From Phycisphaerales bacterium (GTDB taxonomy: Bacteria; Planctomycetota; Phycisphaerae; Phycisphaerales; SM1A02): a stretch of 64,000 nucleotides of DNA. The position numbers were made by a program, and so were the translations under genes. Positions 61,661 to 64,000 of this stretch are shown here, in pieces. The first letter of the stretch is position 1. Each line of letters starts with the position of its first letter. Where the stretch lies: positions 20,847-84,846 of the forward strand of contig JABABS010000088.1 in the NCBI GenBank assembly GCA_014238125.1. The letters run 5' to 3'. The notes beneath the pieces are model-generated. The model saw only the letters and a list, made by a program, of their open reading frames with translations, had not been told where the DNA came from and searched no databases.

Positions 61661-61890
61661 AATGTCACCCTCCTGTTGGAGTTAAAACCTGCTGCTTATT
61701 GAATCGACTGTCAAATGCGCACCGTGTGTGCACACCTACATTGGTTAAGTGTGGAAACCATGAAAATCAATTGATCTTTCATGTCTTACGCAATCTGTGT
61801 ATTTTGCTGGCGCTTGTAAACGCTTGGTAGCAAAAATATTGTCCAAAAACTTAATCAATCTATCCAGTAACGCGTACCCCCTTTATTTTC

Positions 61891-61915
61891 TCTCAGCACA
61901 CATTTTGTGCTGAGA
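61891..61915. other. perfect 10-bp stem-loop in the rny / permease divergent intergenic region
   Basis: TCTCAGCACA-CATTT-TGTGCTGAGA, checked by hand. No flanking U-run on either strand, so it is not an obvious terminator. Flanked by two copies of CCCTTTATT (61879-61887 and 61950-61958). Confidence 0.4.
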
Positions 61916-62082
61916 TGCGCTACCGCCGGCATCTGCCGGAACAACCGACCCTTTATTGGCTATTTGCACAATAAGCAGGTCGAAAAAACTATGTTGCCGC
62001 TAACAATTCGCGGCCACTTCTATAATGCGTGATAGTATTCCATGCAACCGACTCCTCGTCAAGACCTTACCCTACTTAACTC

Positions 62083-63909
62083 ATGAAGCAAATTCCACTT
62101 CCAAGCGTTATTCACGCCGCGCTGCGACTCACAGCCCTCAACCCTATCGCCATTCGACTTGTTGGGGCTGCATCACGTAGACAACGCGATTTCTTTATTC
62201 GTACTGGATTTGTCACCTTATTGTCCGCCAACCTACTTCTCGGACTGTTTGGAGTCTTAGCATCTGGGCGTATCTCTCTTCGAGATCTCGCTGCAGGAAG
62301 CGCACAAATTTTTACTTTTTTAGCGAACGTCGAATTGTTACTTATTTGCCTTCTTACGCCAATTTTCATGGCTGGCGCAATCTCCAAAGAAGCGAAACCT
62401 CAAACGTGGGACATCGTGCTAACTACACCTCTTTCTGCATTGCAAATTGTGCTCGGTAATTTGCTCGGTCGCTTATTTTTTATTGCTACGCTTTTACTCA
62501 GCGCGCTTCCCCTCATGGCAATTACACAATTCTTTGGAGGTGTTCGTGGCGAAACTATCTTGCTCACACAACTCATTGCATTTTGCCTCGCACTTCTGAT
62601 TGGAACTCTTGCAATTGCAACGAGCGTGACTCGAACAGCTGGACGGAAAGCTGTCATAACATTTTTTGTACTCACTGTTTGTTATTTAGCAATTACTTGG
62701 ACAGCCGACCAAGCGTTAAGACTTCCCATATCGGCGGGATCGCAAAATTCATGGACAACACTATTGACGCCGTTCAATCCACTCCTTGTTCTTGAAACAC
62801 TACTTTCACCAACTTCGTACGTCATTTCAGATGCTAGCACCCTTGCTTGGCCTTTAAGTTTTGCTATTACAAACCCAATCGCAGCATGGTGTTGGATTAC
62901 TTTGATCCTAAGTTTAATCACACTAATATGGGCCTCACTACAAGTTCGTAAACTAGGTGATCGTTCAAAGCAACGCTCATTACTGAGACGTACGACGGTT
63001 GTACAAAAACCAAAACTTGTAAGCGGGAATCCAATTGCATGGAGGGAACGCGTCACACGACATCGAAACGTGAGCTCACTCTATGGAAGATGGGGATTTG
63101 TTGGGCTTGGCATGCTTGTGATGATTGTGACAACAACACTTTTTGCAACAAACTATTGGAACGCAGATATCTACCGATCCGTTATTGGAGGTGTCATCGG
63201 GACCGAAATCATTATTGTTACACTTGCAGCAATTTACGTTTCTGCATCATCGATCACCAAAGAACGTGAAGATGGATCGCTAGATTTATTATTAACAACA
63301 GCAATGACGCCACGCATGTATCTAGGAGGGAAAGTTCGCGGTATCGTCATCCACTTGTTGCCTATGACAGCAACGCCATGCGTCTCTATGTTTATAGTTG
63401 GCATTGTCGCATTAGCAAGCGGCGAACAAGCGTATGTTTCCGACATACCCATTGGCATGCAAGGAGGCGATATGAATATCCCACTTGCATTGTGGGCGCC
63501 AGCGTTGATGCTGCCCTTTGTTCTCATTCCATTTCTCTCTTTCTGTGTCACCCTTGGCTTGCAATGGTCGCTGCGAAGCAAGGGTTCTATTAGGGCAGTT
63601 ACAAGTACATTGATGATGATGCTTGTTATTTCATTTGGATTTGGCATTTGCTTGACTCCTGCAGGAAGCATGGGTGTTGGCGGAGCATTCATCGCGAGCT
63701 TAACGCCCATTCCATATTTAAATGCAGTTATTTCACCAGCAGATATTCTGCCTTCGCTTATTCGAGAAGGTGTGACACATACAAGCATTGCACTCGCAGT
63801 GAGCGCACCGATTGTCGGGGGAATATGGATTTTGGCAAGCTGGGGATTACTGCGATCCGTCGCAAGCTCGTTTGTAATGACTGTCCGAAGGTTGGCGGGG
63901 ACGAATTAA
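62083..63909 (+). CDS. large polytopic membrane protein, ABC-2-type permease-like
   Basis: 608 aa with about 12 hydrophobic segments arranged as two halves separated by a basic linker (RKLGDRSKQRSLLRR). Resembles duplicated ABC-2 permeases. No ATPase gene is adjacent within the window. Confidence 0.45.
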   Translation: MKQIPLPSVIHAALRLTALNPIAIRLVGAASRRQRDFFIRTGFVTLLSANLLLGLFGVLASGRISLRDLAAGSAQIFTFLANVELLLICLLTPIFMAGAISKEAKPQTWDIVLTTPLSALQIVLGNLLGRLFFIATLLLSALPLMAITQFFGGVRGETILLTQLIAFCLALLIGTLAIATSVTRTAGRKAVITFFVLTVCYLAITWTADQALRLPISAGSQNSWTTLLTPFNPLLVLETLLSPTSYVISDASTLAWPLSFAITNPIAAWCWITLILSLITLIWASLQVRKLGDRSKQRSLLRRTTVVQKPKLVSGNPIAWRERVTRHRNVSSLYGRWGFVGLGMLVMIVTTTLFATNYWNADIYRSVIGGVIGTEIIIVTLAAIYVSASSITKEREDGSLDLLLTTAMTPRMYLGGKVRGIVIHLLPMTATPCVSMFIVGIVALASGEQAYVSDIPIGMQGGDMNIPLALWAPALMLPFVLIPFLSFCVTLGLQWSLRSKGSIRAVTSTLMMMLVISFGFGICLTPAGSMGVGGAFIASLTPIPYLNAVISPADILPSLIREGVTHTSIALAVSAPIVGGIWILASWGLLRSVASSFVMTVRRLAGTN

Positions 63910-64000
63910 TAACCGCCCGAACGCATTACTTTCAAACTGTCTGGAAACGGATATGTTGCAAAAACACCTGTTGGTGCAAGTTCCCACATTCGAACAGATG

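Overview
This window looks chromosomal and mostly housekeeping. By my tally of the calls below it is about 94% coding, and GC looks moderate by eye. The source is probably a PVC-superphylum bacterium, most likely Planctomycetota (Phycisphaerae-like). That inference rests on an H-X9-DG prepilin-type protein, dockerin-like secreted proteins, a very long secretin with a poly-Gly insert, and a reduced dcw cluster.

Recognisable core genes:
- moeA-moaD, mutL, nadE, pckA, purU, hflX
- an S41 C-terminal processing protease, tsaD
- rplK-rplA-rplJ-rplL-rpoB-rpoC
- carA, priA, sucA-sucB
- rsmH-(LysM)-ftsL-like-ftsI
- ribH-nusB-ftsY-lptD-like
- rsmA/ksgA, efp, rny
- tRNA-His(GTG) and tRNA-Phe(GAA)

I see no transposases, integrases, CRISPR arrays, rRNA genes or prophage genes. 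Many neighbouring genes overlap by 1-4 nt. Several convergent gene pairs overlap at their 3' ends with no terminator, while strong intrinsic terminators follow rplL, rpoC and the S8 protease gene.

The least ordinary region is about 33.6-41.5 kb. It holds a 1191-aa secreted S8 subtilase with twin Cys-rich modules. Convergent with it is an operon encoding an orphan secretin with a roughly 46-codon poly-glycine insert, a STAS anti-sigma antagonist and a SpoIIAB/RsbW-type kinase.

Other signalling oddities:
- an FHA-GAF-HD-GYP protein
- a stand-alone MshEN-type (c-di-GMP-binding) domain protein
- an HTH-REC response regulator with inverted domain order
- a GGQ (ArfB-like) protein with an unrecognised C-terminal half, translationally coupled to tsaD
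- an unknown 313-aa protein coupled to hflX

All functional calls come from motif recognition in the supplied translations. No database search was run, and nothing here is demonstrably a novel system without comparative or experimental checks.
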